Below, one piece after another: positions 10,719-22,642 of a stretch of 64,000 nt of DNA. The notes below the pieces were generated by a model, which was given only the letters and a program-made list of their open reading frames with translations, ran no database searches and was not told where the DNA came from. The stretch's first letter is position 1. Each line of letters opens with the position of its first letter. The stretch is taken from NCBI GenBank assembly GCA_963796685.1, contig CAWCMR010000008.1, positions 640,001-704,000 on the forward strand, written 5' to 3'. Source of the DNA: an uncultured delta proteobacterium (GTDB lineage Bacteria; Myxococcota_A; Polyangia; Fen-1088). Made by a program: the position numbers and the translations under genes.

Positions 10719-11648
10719 TTAGTTGCACGCGTCGTTGACCAGATTGGTCACGCAGGTATCAAGAACGCCGCTTCCACCCACGGTATTGAGGCATGAGGTG
10801 TGACAGGATCCACTGCCCGTGCACGGAGTCGACGACGGCCCGGAAGTCAGCAGGCAGGTGATCATGGTCTGGCACTCGGTTGAAAGGCTTACCGTGTTGT
10901 CATGGCAGCTGCTGCACGGGTCGCTCGAACCCGAGGAGTAGCCCGCGTCGATGATCTGCTGGATGCAGCTGACGGGCGCGGAATCCGCGACATCCGCAGC
11001 CACATCGGGCGTGGAGTCCGGGCCGAGGTCGGGTGCTGTCGGCGCATCGACCGACGACGTGTCGATTTCCGCGTCGAGGAAAACCACGGTCGTGTCGATG
11101 GCCTCGCTGTCGAGGCCTTGGGTGTCCTGCGCGCCGCTGTCGATAAGGATCGGAGCGCCACCGTCCTCGCTCCCGGCTTCGGTCGCCGCGCCATCCTCGC
11201 CGAGGAGAGGTGCATCTTTCGCGTCGCTGGCGGCCTCGCCGCCACCACCGTCGGACAGGGTGCCACCGGCACCGGCGGTGCTACTCCCGCCCGAGCCGCC
11301 TGTGCCCCCGACACCGCCCGTGCCAGCCGTGCCACCCGTGCCACCAGCGCTGCTGGAGCCCCCCGAGCCGCCCGCGCTCGCTCCGCCGAAACCGCCGCTC
11401 CCGCCCGAGCCACTCAATCCGCCGCTTGCGCTCGAGCCACCCGAACCGCTGGTGCCGCCCTTGGCGCTCGAACCGCCTGAACCGCTGCTGCCACCCTTGG
11501 CGCTTGAGCCGCCTGATCCGCCACCGGTGTCCCTCTTTCCGGCGTCGGCCTTGCTGGTTGGACTGCTACCGCTCGAACAACCGAGCGTAAGCAAACTGAT
11601 GGAAAAGAACGCACCGAGCAAGGTGCGAAGGAAGGCTCCTGGTTTCAT
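10719..11648 (-). CDS. Gly/Ser-rich secreted lipoprotein with Cys-rich C-terminus
   Basis: Lipobox LTLGC, GGSSGSGGSS repeats, Asp-rich linker, terminal Cys cluster. Confidence 0.75.
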   Translation of the reverse strand: MKPGAFLRTLLGAFFSISLLTLGCSSGSSPTSKADAGKRDTGGGSGGSSAKGGSSGSGGSSAKGGTSGSGGSSASGGLSGSGGSGGFGGASAGGSGGSSSAGGTGGTAGTGGVGGTGGSGGSSTAGAGGTLSDGGGGEAASDAKDAPLLGEDGAATEAGSEDGGAPILIDSGAQDTQGLDSEAIDTTVVFLDAEIDTSSVDAPTAPDLGPDSTPDVAADVADSAPVSCIQQIIDAGYSSGSSDPCSSCHDNTVSLSTECQTMITCLLTSGPSSTPCTGSGSCHTSCLNTVGGSGVLDTCVTNLVNDACN

Positions 11649-11764
11649 AGGTGACTCCATGGGTGGTTCGTACCCATAACAATGCCCATCCCGTCATTGA
11701 GAATGGGGTGCCCGGAAAAATGCTGTCCGGGCGCAGCACGATCCTGGCTCGATGCGTGCGAGGA

Positions 11765-12463
11765 CTACCCGGCGCGGAATTGGAAATCGCGCTGTCGGAC
11801 GACCTTCTCGTCCTCCAGATCGACGAGAAACGCCGTGCCCTCGCCCACCATTCCGTTGAAGGAACGCAGGTACCAGACATCCACGCCCCAGCGACCGTGA
11901 CCGCTTTCGCTCGGCGGGCACCACTCGGCAGCCTCGAGGTCGCCGAGCCCCGGCGGGCGGGCGCGCGTTTCGCTGGCAACTTCCTTGAAATGGTGGGACG
12001 CGCGCGCGATCTGCTCCGCCTTGCGCGCGGCCTTGGGCTCGATTTCGCGACGCCATTCGCTGACCAGCCGAAACGACTTCAGATCCCCGCCGACCGGGCC
12101 CTCGGCCTCGTAGATCTCGTCGGCGGCCAGGCCGGCAAAGTCCGATACATCGAACTCGGGGAACAGGTCCTCCCTGTCGATCTGCTCGGAACGATCGGCG
12201 AACGAGAGCTCGCCGATGGCCTTGCCTTGCGACGAGTAGTAGGCGTAGAGGCGCAGAACATAGTCGCGTGACGGAATGCGATGATCCCAGTCGAGCACCC
12301 ACATGGCGGCCTTGTAGACCTTGCCCCGAAACGGCATGAACACCGGCAGTGCCGCGGCGATCTTGTCCAGGATCGCGAGATCCTTGAACAGATCCTGCGT
12401 CACGAGGCGCGGGTGAACCTTGACTGCGCGTTTCAGCTCTTCCCGAAGATCCAACTCGGCCAT
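11765..12463 (-). CDS. Hypothetical protein
   Basis: 232-aa ORF with protein-like composition and GC3 bias, co-oriented with neighbours. Confidence 0.65.
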   Translation of the reverse strand: MAELDLREELKRAVKVHPRLVTQDLFKDLAILDKIAAALPVFMPFRGKVYKAAMWVLDWDHRIPSRDYVLRLYAYYSSQGKAIGELSFADRSEQIDREDLFPEFDVSDFAGLAADEIYEAEGPVGGDLKSFRLVSEWRREIEPKAARKAEQIARASHHFKEVASETRARPPGLGDLEAAEWCPPSESGHGRWGVDVWYLRSFNGMVGEGTAFLVDLEDEKVVRQRDFQFRAG

Positions 12464-12662
12464 GACAGCCGTCTAGGTTAACCGGGAATCCCCATCAGCG
12501 CACAATTCTTGATCCGAATCTGAGAAAGAACCCTGGCCTAATACCACCTCGCCCCGCGTAGCGGACCGCGCAGCAGGCGAGGGCGCGGCGAAGCCGCGGG
12601 GGCAGGGGTAGGGTGTGCAGGTCCCGAAGCGCCCAAGGGGCGGAGAGGTCGCCGAAACGTGT

Positions 12663-13919
<1,257 letters not shown>

Positions 13920-14001
13920 GGATCGAGGTCACAGAGATCGGAATGAACCCGAGCTCACGGAGGTCGGAAAAAGGAGCCCGTATCTTGTGCTCTCTCGGGC
14001 T

Positions 14002-14280
14002 CTAGGCCGCGGGAGCGGCGCCTTCGGCGGTGGCGCCCTTCTTGTGCTCGGCGCACACACCGCCAGCGACGGCGGGCTTGCGACAGCCTTCCTTGCTGCA
14101 GGTGTTGTAGCGTTGCTTCTTGCCGAGCTTGCCGCGACGCCAACTCATGTAGTGCTTGCGGCAGTAGCCCTTCGCCCGCACCGGCTGCTTGCACTTCTCG
14201 ACGCAGCACTTTTCGCCGGCCTCGGCGGCGGGCTTGGTCTTGGCGGGGCTGGTTTTGGCGGTCGCTTTTTCGTCGGCCAT
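14002..14280 (-). CDS. Small basic Cys/His protein resembling myxobacterial vegetative protein VegA
   Basis: Two CxxxxC...GxCxxH repeats, Lys/Ala-rich. Confidence 0.6.
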   Translation of the reverse strand: MADEKATAKTSPAKTKPAAEAGEKCCVEKCKQPVRAKGYCRKHYMSWRRGKLGKKQRYNTCSKEGCRKPAVAGGVCAEHKKGATAEGAAPAA

Positions 14281-14464
14281 GGGTTCAGAATCCTTTCACT
14301 TGCGTATCGCTGATTCGGGCACCCGAGAATGGATAGCTCGGGCGCCGGAGTCAAGTTGAACGTCGCGGCTCGGCCGTCCGAGCTGCCAAGTAGAGGCATT
14401 TCCCCTGTGCGTCACTCCCCTTCTGTGAGAGCCTGGCCACGTCCTCTTGGGATCGGGATCGCGC

Positions 14465-15349
14465 TCAGGCCGGCATGCCCATGGCGGCGCGGAGGGCGCG
14501 GAACTCGTCGGTGCGTCGCCCCTGCTCGTCGCGCACCACCAGCGGCGGATCCACCACCAGGGGCTCGGCGTCCTCGGGCCTGCGCATGGCGAAGATGCAC
14601 AACAACGGCTCCTTGCCCGCGCGTGGGACGATCTCGCGCCAGCGTACGAGACGCAGGCCGGCCGAGCAAGCCGCGGGCTCGACCCGTTCGCGCTGGATCC
14701 AGGCTTCGCACGCGACGAAGGGAGCGCCTTTCGCCAGCCGTGGCGCGGCGGCGGCGCAGTAAGCTTCGATCCCGCCGCGATGCTCGAACCGGCAGGGCGC
14801 GCGCTGGACCCGATCCGATTCGGGCCCGGCACCGACCGGAAAGTATGGAGGTGTGCCCGTGACGAGATCGAAGGTTGTCTCGACTGCACCGGGCGCACGA
14901 AAATCGTGCACCCGAATCTCGGCACGCTCGGTGATGCCGTTCCAGGCCAGCGAGCGCTTGGCCAGACCGGCGGACACCTCTTGCGCTTCCACGCCGACGA
15001 GGCACGCGGCGGGAAAGCGCCACGCGAGGAACAACAGCACGCTGCCGATGCCGCACCCTAGATCCAGGCAGCGCCCGGGGGGGTTGCCCTCGACCAAGCT
15101 GGCAGCCAAGTGGGCGGTCAAGAGATCGTCGAGGGAAGTGCGATGCCCGTCGAGCCGCTGCAAGAGGCGCCAGTTGCCCGCAAGCCAGCACAGATCTTCC
15201 TCTTGGCTGGGCCACAGCTCGCCCAAGTCCGCGGGCAAGGACGGCGGCGGCCCCTGCGCCACCCACGCGGCCGGTCGGCGCGCTGCCCGCAACACCCCGC
15301 CACGAGGCGAAGTCTGATCGATGGGGAACGGCGCAAGCGTGATCGGCAC
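14465..15349 (-). CDS. SAM-dependent methyltransferase, tRNA1(Val) A37 N6-methyltransferase (YfiC/TrmN6)-like
   Basis: GHRTSLDD, LDLGCGIGS, FDLVTGTPPYF, CRFE. Confidence 0.75.
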   Translation of the reverse strand: MPITLAPFPIDQTSPRGGVLRAARRPAAWVAQGPPPSLPADLGELWPSQEEDLCWLAGNWRLLQRLDGHRTSLDDLLTAHLAASLVEGNPPGRCLDLGCGIGSVLLFLAWRFPAACLVGVEAQEVSAGLAKRSLAWNGITERAEIRVHDFRAPGAVETTFDLVTGTPPYFPVGAGPESDRVQRAPCRFEHRGGIEAYCAAAAPRLAKGAPFVACEAWIQRERVEPAACSAGLRLVRWREIVPRAGKEPLLCIFAMRRPEDAEPLVVDPPLVVRDEQGRRTDEFRALRAAMGMPA

Positions 15350-15420
15350 GGCCGGGAGATAGCACCGGACGGTCGTGCTGGCTAGACCGCCAGCTTTGAC
15401 CGCACCAATCCCGGCATGCG

Positions 15421-17485
15421 TCAGTAGTCGCAGCCTGGCCGTGAGGTGAGGTCAGGACAAGTCCAGCATTGCATTGCGATCTTCGTTCCTCCCACCAGCG
15501 GGCCATCGGCGATTTCAGCGGCCGTCCGGACGACGCTGAAGACCTGTCCGCTGACCGGACATTTTGCGTGGTCGAGGATCAGCTGCCAGCAGTCGGCGGT
15601 GATAGTATCCGGCGTGGCACCGGGCGGACACATGGGCAGCGACTGGGGGGATTCGGTGTACGTGACCTTGCCGGTCGTAGAATCGCTCTCGGGCACGCGA
15701 TAGACCACGCGGCAGTCGGGTTGAAGGCCGGGGGTCACTGGATCGACATCCATCAGCCTCGCATCGATGCAGAGGTTCTGAAGCATCATGGCTACCGAGC
15801 CTCCGATCACGTCCATGGCCGGACCGAAGTCCCGCTCGCAAATGCTGAATTTGAGGCCGTTCGGGCCGAATTCGTCGATGAAGGCAGCGATGCGCAGCCC
15901 ACCTTGTGCGCCCCAGGCCCACGCATCCGCGTCGAACGTGGCGGGGTCCTTCGGCTCGTGGTCGGGATCGTAGCAAACCGGCCAGTAGTCCCACACCAGC
16001 CCCTGCTGGTTGTCGACATCTTCGGGGCGCGGGCCGGGCACGAGATCGATCTTGTACTTGGCATTGGCCAGGGCCTCACCGTTGCGTGGCCAGCCAAAGA
16101 TGCCGGCCACCATGATCTGGTTTGACGGATCGGCCTTGAGCGACATGATCTCCTGGGCCAGGTGGTGGATGTCCTTGAGCGGGCTGCAAGTCGTCGGCCC
16201 GCTGGTGTCGGTCGCGGCGTTGCCGTCGGTGGGATTGGGGCATGCGTCGGTTCGTGCCGCGCAGTCGGCGAAACTGGCTTCGAATTTGGCGCTGGTGGGA
16301 TAGCCGGGAGGCGCGTCGGTCAGGTTCACGCCGTTGCACTGGTGGGCGCGCGTGGCGCACCGGAGGCTGGTCGATTCGCCGCGCAGCTCCGGCTTGTCGC
16401 CGAACATGCCGTCGTTAGTCGCCGCGGAACAGTCGTCCTCGTCGCTGAGGATGACCAGGCCAAGGTAGGCCTGCGGGCGGAGGAAGGTGTTCTGCAAGCC
16501 GCCGCTCTGGCTCTGGTGGAGGTTTGCAGCGAAGGCGAATTCGAAGGCCTGCAGCGGATGCTCTTGCCCACAACCGACGGCGCCGAGATTCCCGGCCAGA
16601 CACCCGAAGACCTGGCCGATGTCCATCGTCGGGTCATAGTTCTTCGGTTTGCCATTGGCATACTCGAGCCAGAGCGCATCGGGGTTGGCGCCGCAGCCGG
16701 CGGCGCCGCGCATTTGAAAGTTGCCGAGGTCGCCGAAGCTGTTGTTCGCGTCGAGACTGGCGGTCGGGCCGCACGCCCCGCTCGGGTACGCCCCGCCCGT
16801 GCCGAGGTCGCTGTCGATGATCGCGACCCTGAGGTCGGGATAGCGCCCGTCGGATGGATCCTCGAGCGCTGCGAGCAGCTTGGGGAACTGTTGCGCGAGC
16901 TTGCTCGCCTTGGGCGCCATGGAAGGCGAGTTGTCGATCATGAAGATCAGGTCGAGTTGGCGGACGGGCGACACGCTTATGTACAGGTCGGTTTCCTGGC
17001 CAACGCCAGCGGCCTCGGCGCTGCCGGCCGCGCTCTGGCAGGCGGCGAGCGCATCCGGCCCCTGGCATGCGACCGACATCTGGGCGCCGCCCTGGCCCAG
17101 GAAATCCTTGCACATGCAATAGTGCTTGCAGCAGAGCGGGCCGACCACGAAGGGCACCCCGCAGACGAAGCCGCCCGTGCAGCGCGTATCCTGCGCGTCG
17201 CCCGGGCTCCGGAAGCTCGCCGCCGCAGTCGGAATCGCGGCTGCACTCGTCGGTGCAGGTCGCGCCGGTAGGCGGTTCGACGATGCTTGACTCGGGGGCC
17301 TGTACCGGCTTGAGGCAAAGGCCCGTCGGGCACGCGCCGGCCTTGAGGTTGACCACCCCTTGGGAAGGCCCGGCGTCTACCGTCAGATTGCAGAGCTGCC
17401 CGACGGTATCGCTTCGCTTGCAGCCGACACCCATCATGAGAAAAGCGGTCCCGAACCACGCAACGGCACAAGGCTTGGTCTTCAT
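15421..17485 (-). CDS. Cys-rich lipoprotein (CglC-like N-terminus) fused to a vWA-like domain; single +1 frameshift at ~17213
   Basis: Lipobox MGVGC in the ORF 16634-17743 frame joins ORF 15421-17157 (DLIFMIDNSPSM, SDEDDCS) if one A is removed at 17213-17214. Confidence 0.7.
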
Positions 17486-17777
17486 GAGCCGATGACCTTT
17501 CTGCTGGCGGTCCCTGGATTCATCGAGGTCTTGCGGTTGCATCAAAGCAAGAATCGGACCTCGTCCCGAGGCCCGGATGACCAGGAAAGATCGGAAGGAA
17601 CGACCTCCGCACGCCAACCCCGTTGGCATCTTCCATCCCGCCGTTGGCTTTGTGGCTCCCCCACGGAGCTTGCGTCCCGCCAACTCGACCGCATAGCATG
17701 CGGCCCGACTCTCCACGCGAGCCTCGGATCCTTGTCCATCCAAGGGTCCACCGCCCGCACCTCAGATAGGATCGACC

Positions 17778-19427
17778 ATGAAGCCAACGGAGCACAGGAA
17801 ACCCGGTTCCAGAACAGCCTTCGCCCTCGGAGCCGTGCTCGTCGGGCTCGCCGCGTGCGGGAGCGACGGGGGGAGCCGTCCGGACGGCGCCACCCCCATG
17901 GCGGTCGAGGCGGGCCACTTTCCGGCCGAGGTCACGGTCAGCACGTGCGACGACTACGCGAGCGTGACCGTGGGCTCGTACGTCGTGCAGACGAACTATT
18001 GGAACAAGCGAGCCTGCCCCGGCACGCAGTGCATGGAGATCGACAAGGCGACCGGCGCGTTCTCCGTGACCCAGGGCCCCGCCCCGTGCGGCGACACCGT
18101 GGCCACCTACCCCAACGTGCTGTACGGCTGTTCGTTCGGAAACTGCAGCCCGGCCAGCCTGCTTCCCATGCAGATGGGCGCGGTCTCGACGGTGACCAGC
18201 AGCTGGGATTTCAGCGCCGGCGGCGCCGCCAGCGACCAGTACGACGTGGCCTACGACATCTGGTTCTGCCCCGACCAGAGCTGCGGCAGCAACGGATTCC
18301 CCCACGGCGTCGAATTGATGATCTGGCTCGACTACAAGAACCTCGCGGGCTGGAAGACCGACCTCGGCAAGGTGAATCTGTCCGGCCACACCTGGGAGGT
18401 CTGGCAGGCCCCCATGGGCTCGGCCAACAATGGCTGGACCTACCTGGCCTACCTGATCCAGGGCCCGGCGGTGAGCTCGTTGACCGATTTCGACCTGGGT
18501 GCGTTTTTTCGAGACATGGCCGCCCGGGGCATCATCCAGGATTCCTGGTACCTGTACGCGATCCAGGCCGGCGACGAGCTGCGCACCGGCGGCGTCCCGT
18601 ACAACAACAATAGCTTCTCGGTGACCATCAATGGCGTCACCCCCAGCACCGCCCCGATCGCGCCCACTGGCGGCCCGTCGTGCGACGGTGGTGCGCCTGT
18701 CGCGCAGGGCACGTTGAACGTCAGCGACAACTACGTCACCTCGGTTTTGCTCCACGGGTATGCGGCGGCCTGGACCTGGGTGGGTGCCGATTCGAGCGCC
18801 ATCGCCTGCGGCACGCCCACCTGCACGGCGCCTGGCTCGCTGCAGGTCACGGCCATCTTGAACAACGGTGTCGCACCACTGACGGCAGAGCCCGTGTCCT
18901 GTTCGCCTGCGTTTGCGCCGTCCGCGCTCTGCACCTCGGGTACGGTAACGGCGGATGCGAGCTACAGTCAGGCGGCCGGGGTTGGCTTCAACCTCAACCA
19001 GGATCCGGTCGGCGGGGGTGTCGATGCCGGCATGAGCATCGACGCCAGCATCGACGACGGCCTCGACGGCGGCATGAGTCGCGCCGACGGCGGCACAGCG
19101 TCCGACGGCGGCGTGACGAGCGCCCTCGGCACCATCACCATCGGCAACAGCATCACGGTCTCGGTCGCAAGAGCCGGCACGCTTCCCGGCAACTCCGCCT
19201 TGCGCCTTCAACTCACCGACGTGAACGGCAACTACTATTGCTACGGCGGCGCGCTGCAGAGCGGGGTGCCCATCCCCGTCGCTCAGCTCAACACCAAGTG
19301 CGGGGACAACTCGGGCGCCTTCGCCACGTCGAGCACGCTCTTCAAGAGGCTCGACGTTCTCGTCCCCGGCAGCGCATCCACGGAAGAACCGTTCGCGTTC
19401 TGCCTCACCGACGTCTCCGTGCAATAG
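17778..19427 (+). CDS. Lipoprotein with glycoside hydrolase family 12 domain
   Basis: Lipobox LAAC; NYWN, YPNV, YDVAYDIWF, ELMIWL, YLYAIQAGDE GH12 motifs. Confidence 0.85.
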   Translation: MKPTEHRKPGSRTAFALGAVLVGLAACGSDGGSRPDGATPMAVEAGHFPAEVTVSTCDDYASVTVGSYVVQTNYWNKRACPGTQCMEIDKATGAFSVTQGPAPCGDTVATYPNVLYGCSFGNCSPASLLPMQMGAVSTVTSSWDFSAGGAASDQYDVAYDIWFCPDQSCGSNGFPHGVELMIWLDYKNLAGWKTDLGKVNLSGHTWEVWQAPMGSANNGWTYLAYLIQGPAVSSLTDFDLGAFFRDMAARGIIQDSWYLYAIQAGDELRTGGVPYNNNSFSVTINGVTPSTAPIAPTGGPSCDGGAPVAQGTLNVSDNYVTSVLLHGYAAAWTWVGADSSAIACGTPTCTAPGSLQVTAILNNGVAPLTAEPVSCSPAFAPSALCTSGTVTADASYSQAAGVGFNLNQDPVGGGVDAGMSIDASIDDGLDGGMSRADGGTASDGGVTSALGTITIGNSITVSVARAGTLPGNSALRLQLTDVNGNYYCYGGALQSGVPIPVAQLNTKCGDNSGAFATSSTLFKRLDVLVPGSASTEEPFAFCLTDVSVQ

Positions 19428-19639
19428 GGCGCATGGTGGGCGCGCATTCCCAGACCTCTCGACCGCTGAGGACAAGCAGCCCTGCAGCGTTCTGTTATCG
19501 CGTTATCAAGCTTCCCTGGAACCATATCCGGGCTTCGAAAAGCATGGTACCGACCACCGCAAACCTCCAACACCACGGAATCACTTGTTCCCAGCCTCCA
19601 ACCGACCTGCCCAAGCCGCGCGACTCTCGCAGGAATATT

Positions 19640-19673
19640 GGGGTACGCTCTGCAGGCTAATAGTAAGTTCGGT
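19640..19673 (+). other. Putative attI-like site at the start of the cassette array
   Basis: AT-rich CTAATAGTAA directly before GTTCGGT (G at 19667), which matches the inverse core GCCGAAC of the first attC; no attC upstream. Confidence 0.5.
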
Positions 19674-19799
19674 GGGCGCGCGGGCCAGCTTGGAAATCGC
19701 TGGCCGTCGGTGGGTGCGCGGGTCTTCTCTCGCACGTTGGTCTGGAGGAAGCGGACGACAAAGACCGTGCCGGCGAGGTGCTTCAGATGGCTGGCCGCC

Positions 19800-19966
19800 G
19801 CCGAACCGGCCGTTGCAGCGGTCGAGGGCCTGTCAACTCTCGGTCGACGGTCAACGAGCCGGGGCCGCGCGGCTCATCAGACGAACGAAGGCCGCCGCGC
19901 GGCCCCGGCAGTGCTACTATCGATCAGCCGGGACGGCCCTCGCCGCTGAACGGCACGCCGTTATCC
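19800..19966 (+). repeat. attC site 1 (long class, 167 bp)
   Basis: GCCGAAC...CGTTGCAGCGG...CCGCTGAACGG...GTTATCC. Confidence 0.85.
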
Positions 19967-19985
19967 GTACCCAGGGACAAGGATC

Positions 19986-20555
19986 ATGGACGAAGACCGT
20001 ATAGCGATAGTCGACCTTGCCGACGAACTCCAGGTTCGCAAGCAGCGCCTCTTCAAGATCATAAAGAGGCTCGGAATCACGGCGACACAGCGCCGTGATT
20101 CCGAACGTGGAGGTCAGAATGTAGCCGTTGTCAGTGCTAGCGAGGCCGCCGCCATTCGCAAGGAAATCGGAAGCCCTTCCTCGACGGACTCATCCGACGC
20201 GGCGGCGTCGCCGCAGCTTCTCGACGACGTTGGATTCTTCTATTTGATTCGTCTTGAGCCTGATCACGATCCTGGGAGGTTCAAGGTCGGGTTCACTATC
20301 GAACTCGAGGGCAGGCTTCAGAAGCACCGCTGCTCGGCTCCCTTTGCGGCGTACCTCAAAACGTGGCCGTGTCGACGCGTTTGGGAGCGAGCCGCGATCG
20401 ATTGTGCGACCCTCGGTTGCGAGAAGCTCCACACCGAGGTGTTTCGCGCCGACTCGCTGGACATGGTCGCCAGTCGCGCCGATACCTTCTTCTCAGTGAT
20501 GCCGAGCCTTCTTGCGGAGGTGTCAGAGGCCGCGGACCGTGCAGGGGACGGATAA
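19986..20555 (+). CDS. Cassette gene: N-terminal HTH-like region plus GIY-YIG/T5orf172-like nuclease domain
   Basis: GFFYLIR...FKVGFT..LEGRL; stop TAA lies within inverse core GGATAAC. Confidence 0.6.
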   Translation: MDEDRIAIVDLADELQVRKQRLFKIIKRLGITATQRRDSERGGQNVAVVSASEAAAIRKEIGSPSSTDSSDAAASPQLLDDVGFFYLIRLEPDHDPGRFKVGFTIELEGRLQKHRCSAPFAAYLKTWPCRRVWERAAIDCATLGCEKLHTEVFRADSLDMVASRADTFFSVMPSLLAEVSEAADRAGDG

Positions 20556-20717
20556 CATGCCGTTGCAGCTGACAAGGGCCTGTCAACTCTCGGTCGACGG
20601 TCAACGAGCCGGGGCCACGCGGCTCTCAACAATTTCCGCGGCCGCCGCGCGGCCCCGGCAGTGCAACTATCGACCATCACGTAACGGCCCTTGCAGCTGA
20701 ACGGCAAGGCGTTGGGC
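20550..20717 (+). repeat. attC site 2 (long class, 168 bp)
   Basis: GGATAAC (complements cassette start GTTATCC) ... GTTGGGC. Confidence 0.9.
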
Positions 20718-20770
20718 AGACAGTAGTGAACAGCGTGGCGTCCCGAACGCCGCAGTCATAGAATCGAGCC

Positions 20771-21166
20771 ATGCTTGCCACCGAGTTCGAAAGCGTCATC
20801 CTGTTCGTGTCGGAGTTGACCGCGGCGCGGGCGTTCTATGTCGAGGGGCTCGGGTTGCCGGTGCGCTATGAGGACGAGATCGTGGTGGTCGTAGGTAGCC
20901 CTCAGGCACGCGTGGTGCTGCACCGTAGGGACCGCAGTCACGACGAGCGCGGCATCTTTCCGGCCGGTATTGGCGTGGGGGCGGCTGCCGTTCGTTTTTC
21001 GGTCGAGGATCCTGACGCGTGCGAGCGCGAGGCAATCGCGCGCGGCTTGCGCGTAGTTTGGCCGACACAGGACGCGTCGTGGGGGCGGTTCGTCGTGTTG
21101 GCGGACCCCGACGGACGCTCCGTCGTCCTCGCCAAGATGCGACCCCTTGCCGGCGCCAGGTCCTGA
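20771..21166 (+). CDS. Cassette gene: VOC/glyoxalase family protein
   Basis: ARAFYVEGLG, FSVEDPD, WG.R.VVLADPDG. Confidence 0.88.
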   Translation: MLATEFESVILFVSELTAARAFYVEGLGLPVRYEDEIVVVVGSPQARVVLHRRDRSHDERGIFPAGIGVGAAAVRFSVEDPDACEREAIARGLRVVWPTQDASWGRFVVLADPDGRSVVLAKMRPLAGARS

Positions 21167-21185
21167 TGGATTGGACTCCCGCGCT

Positions 21186-21289
21186 GCCCAACAAGCCGTT
21201 GCAGCTGTCAATCCCGCCGCCGGGACATCGTGTAGAATCGTAAGGCCGGCTCGGCGGCGGGCTTGCAGCTGAACGGCAAAGCGTTCGAC
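21186..21289 (+). repeat. attC site 3 (104 bp)
   Basis: GCCCAAC (complements GTTGGGC) ... GTTCGAC. Confidence 0.9.
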
Positions 21290-21328
21290 GGACTTGCACA
21301 TTGGATCAAAGCCGGAGACGATGCACAA

Positions 21329-21778
21329 ATGAAGCTGCGAAACCTTCTCATCGTTTGCACGTTGGTCGGTTGTGCCACTGGCTACCACGCGTCTGGGATT
21401 GCAGGCGGCTATTCGGAGCTGCGTCTCAGCGAGCGGGCATGGCAAGTCAGTTTTGCCGGGAACGGCTACACGTCTCCAGAACGAGCTCATACGTTTGCTC
21501 TCCGCCGAGCCGCGGAGCTGACGCTCGCGTCCGGATATCAAGCGTTCTATGTTGCTGGCGAAAACCAAAGTGTCAGGCAGATGAACATCCAACAGCCAGT
21601 GAACTGCTACTCGAACGGGCCCTACACAAACTGCTCCGGTGGCGGCGTGACTACCATAAACAAGCCCAGTCAGCGGCTCGACATTACGATGGTGACCGCT
21701 CAGGAGGCCGCTCAAGCTCCGCCGGGATATCTTGTGTACGACGCTCAAATACTCCTCGCGCAGATTCCTCCGGAATGA
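21329..21778 (+). CDS. Cassette gene: CC0125/CC1285-like lipoprotein
   Basis: Lipobox LVGC, GYSE, F.GNGYTS, ALRRAAELTL..GY. Confidence 0.75.
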   Translation: MKLRNLLIVCTLVGCATGYHASGIAGGYSELRLSERAWQVSFAGNGYTSPERAHTFALRRAAELTLASGYQAFYVAGENQSVRQMNIQQPVNCYSNGPYTNCSGGGVTTINKPSQRLDITMVTAQEAAQAPPGYLVYDAQILLAQIPPE

Positions 21779-21791
21779 GGACGACGAAGCC

Positions 21792-21854
21792 GTCGAACAA
21801 GGCGTTGCAGCGGACGCCGCTTGCGCGGCGCCGCTGAACGCCAAGGCGTTAGCC
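21792..21854 (+). repeat. attC site 4 (63 bp)
   Basis: GTCGAAC...GCAGCGGACGCCGC-TT-GCGCGGCGCCGCTG...GTTAGCC. Confidence 0.9.
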
Positions 21855-21859
21855 GGACC

Positions 21860-22642
21860 ATGGACACAGCCATAAAGACAGAATCCGAACGGGCATGGAT
21901 CGAACTCGCCATTCGCGGTACAGCCTTCGTCGTGCCCGAAGGCCCACTTGCGGAGCCAGCCCGATCCGTGGGAAGTGCGACGATTCTCCGCAGCCCTGCG
22001 GGCCACGTCTTTCTGCTGACGGCACGACACATCGCTGAGGATTTCCGGCGAGGACAGATCTGGTTCGGCTACTGGGGCTGCTCCAACGCAGTCAAGACTG
22101 GGATCGCTGTCGCGCTCGTCCCCCCGGATGAGGACGTGGACGTTGCTGTGCTGCTGCTGAGGTACAAGGACCAGAGAGTGCTCGAAACGCTCGCTCGGAG
22201 TTCCACCGAGGTTTCGCAGGATGCGACCGTCGCAAATGGAGACTACCTCGCGATTTCAGGATACCCCTCCACCCTTGTGCACCTCGACCGAGCGCTCGGG
22301 CAGGGATTCACGAGTCTCTTCTACAACTGCATGGTGGACGCCCCGATGAATGACGATGTTGGACGGCTGAGGGTCGCGTGGGGAAAGTACGATGAGCAAC
22401 TGTTCGGGCAGGCGCCACCGCCACCGCCGGGCATGAGCGGAGGCGCGCTTTGGCGGCGCCGCGATCCGACTGACCTTATATGGAGTCCAGCAACGGCGAT
22501 TTCGCTGGTCGGAATCCAATCGGCCTGGATTCAGGATAGGAAGGTGGCCTTTGTCGAACCTACAAGCAGGTGGTTCGGCTGGTACGCAGATAGCGTTGGC
22601 AGACTGGACGCGGGAGAATTCGCTGCACAGGAGGCCGGCTAA
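21860..22642 (+). CDS. Cassette gene: trypsin-like serine protease, no evident signal peptide
   Basis: Catalytic triad motifs LLTARH, DVDVAVL, GMSGG; stop TAA in GGCTAA inverse core. Confidence 0.72.
   Translation: MDTAIKTESERAWIELAIRGTAFVVPEGPLAEPARSVGSATILRSPAGHVFLLTARHIAEDFRRGQIWFGYWGCSNAVKTGIAVALVPPDEDVDVAVLLLRYKDQRVLETLARSSTEVSQDATVANGDYLAISGYPSTLVHLDRALGQGFTSLFYNCMVDAPMNDDVGRLRVAWGKYDEQLFGQAPPPPPGMSGGALWRRRDPTDLIWSPATAISLVGIQSAWIQDRKVAFVEPTSRWFGWYADSVGRLDAGEFAAQEAG

Noticed and set aside
11270-11530. Tandem-like nucleotide repeats
   Set aside because: They encode the Gly/Ser low-complexity linker of the lipoprotein
19428-19666. Possible intI integrase or remnant upstream of the attI-like site
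   Set aside because: Only ~240 bp, and no tyrosine-recombinase motifs in the frames I translated
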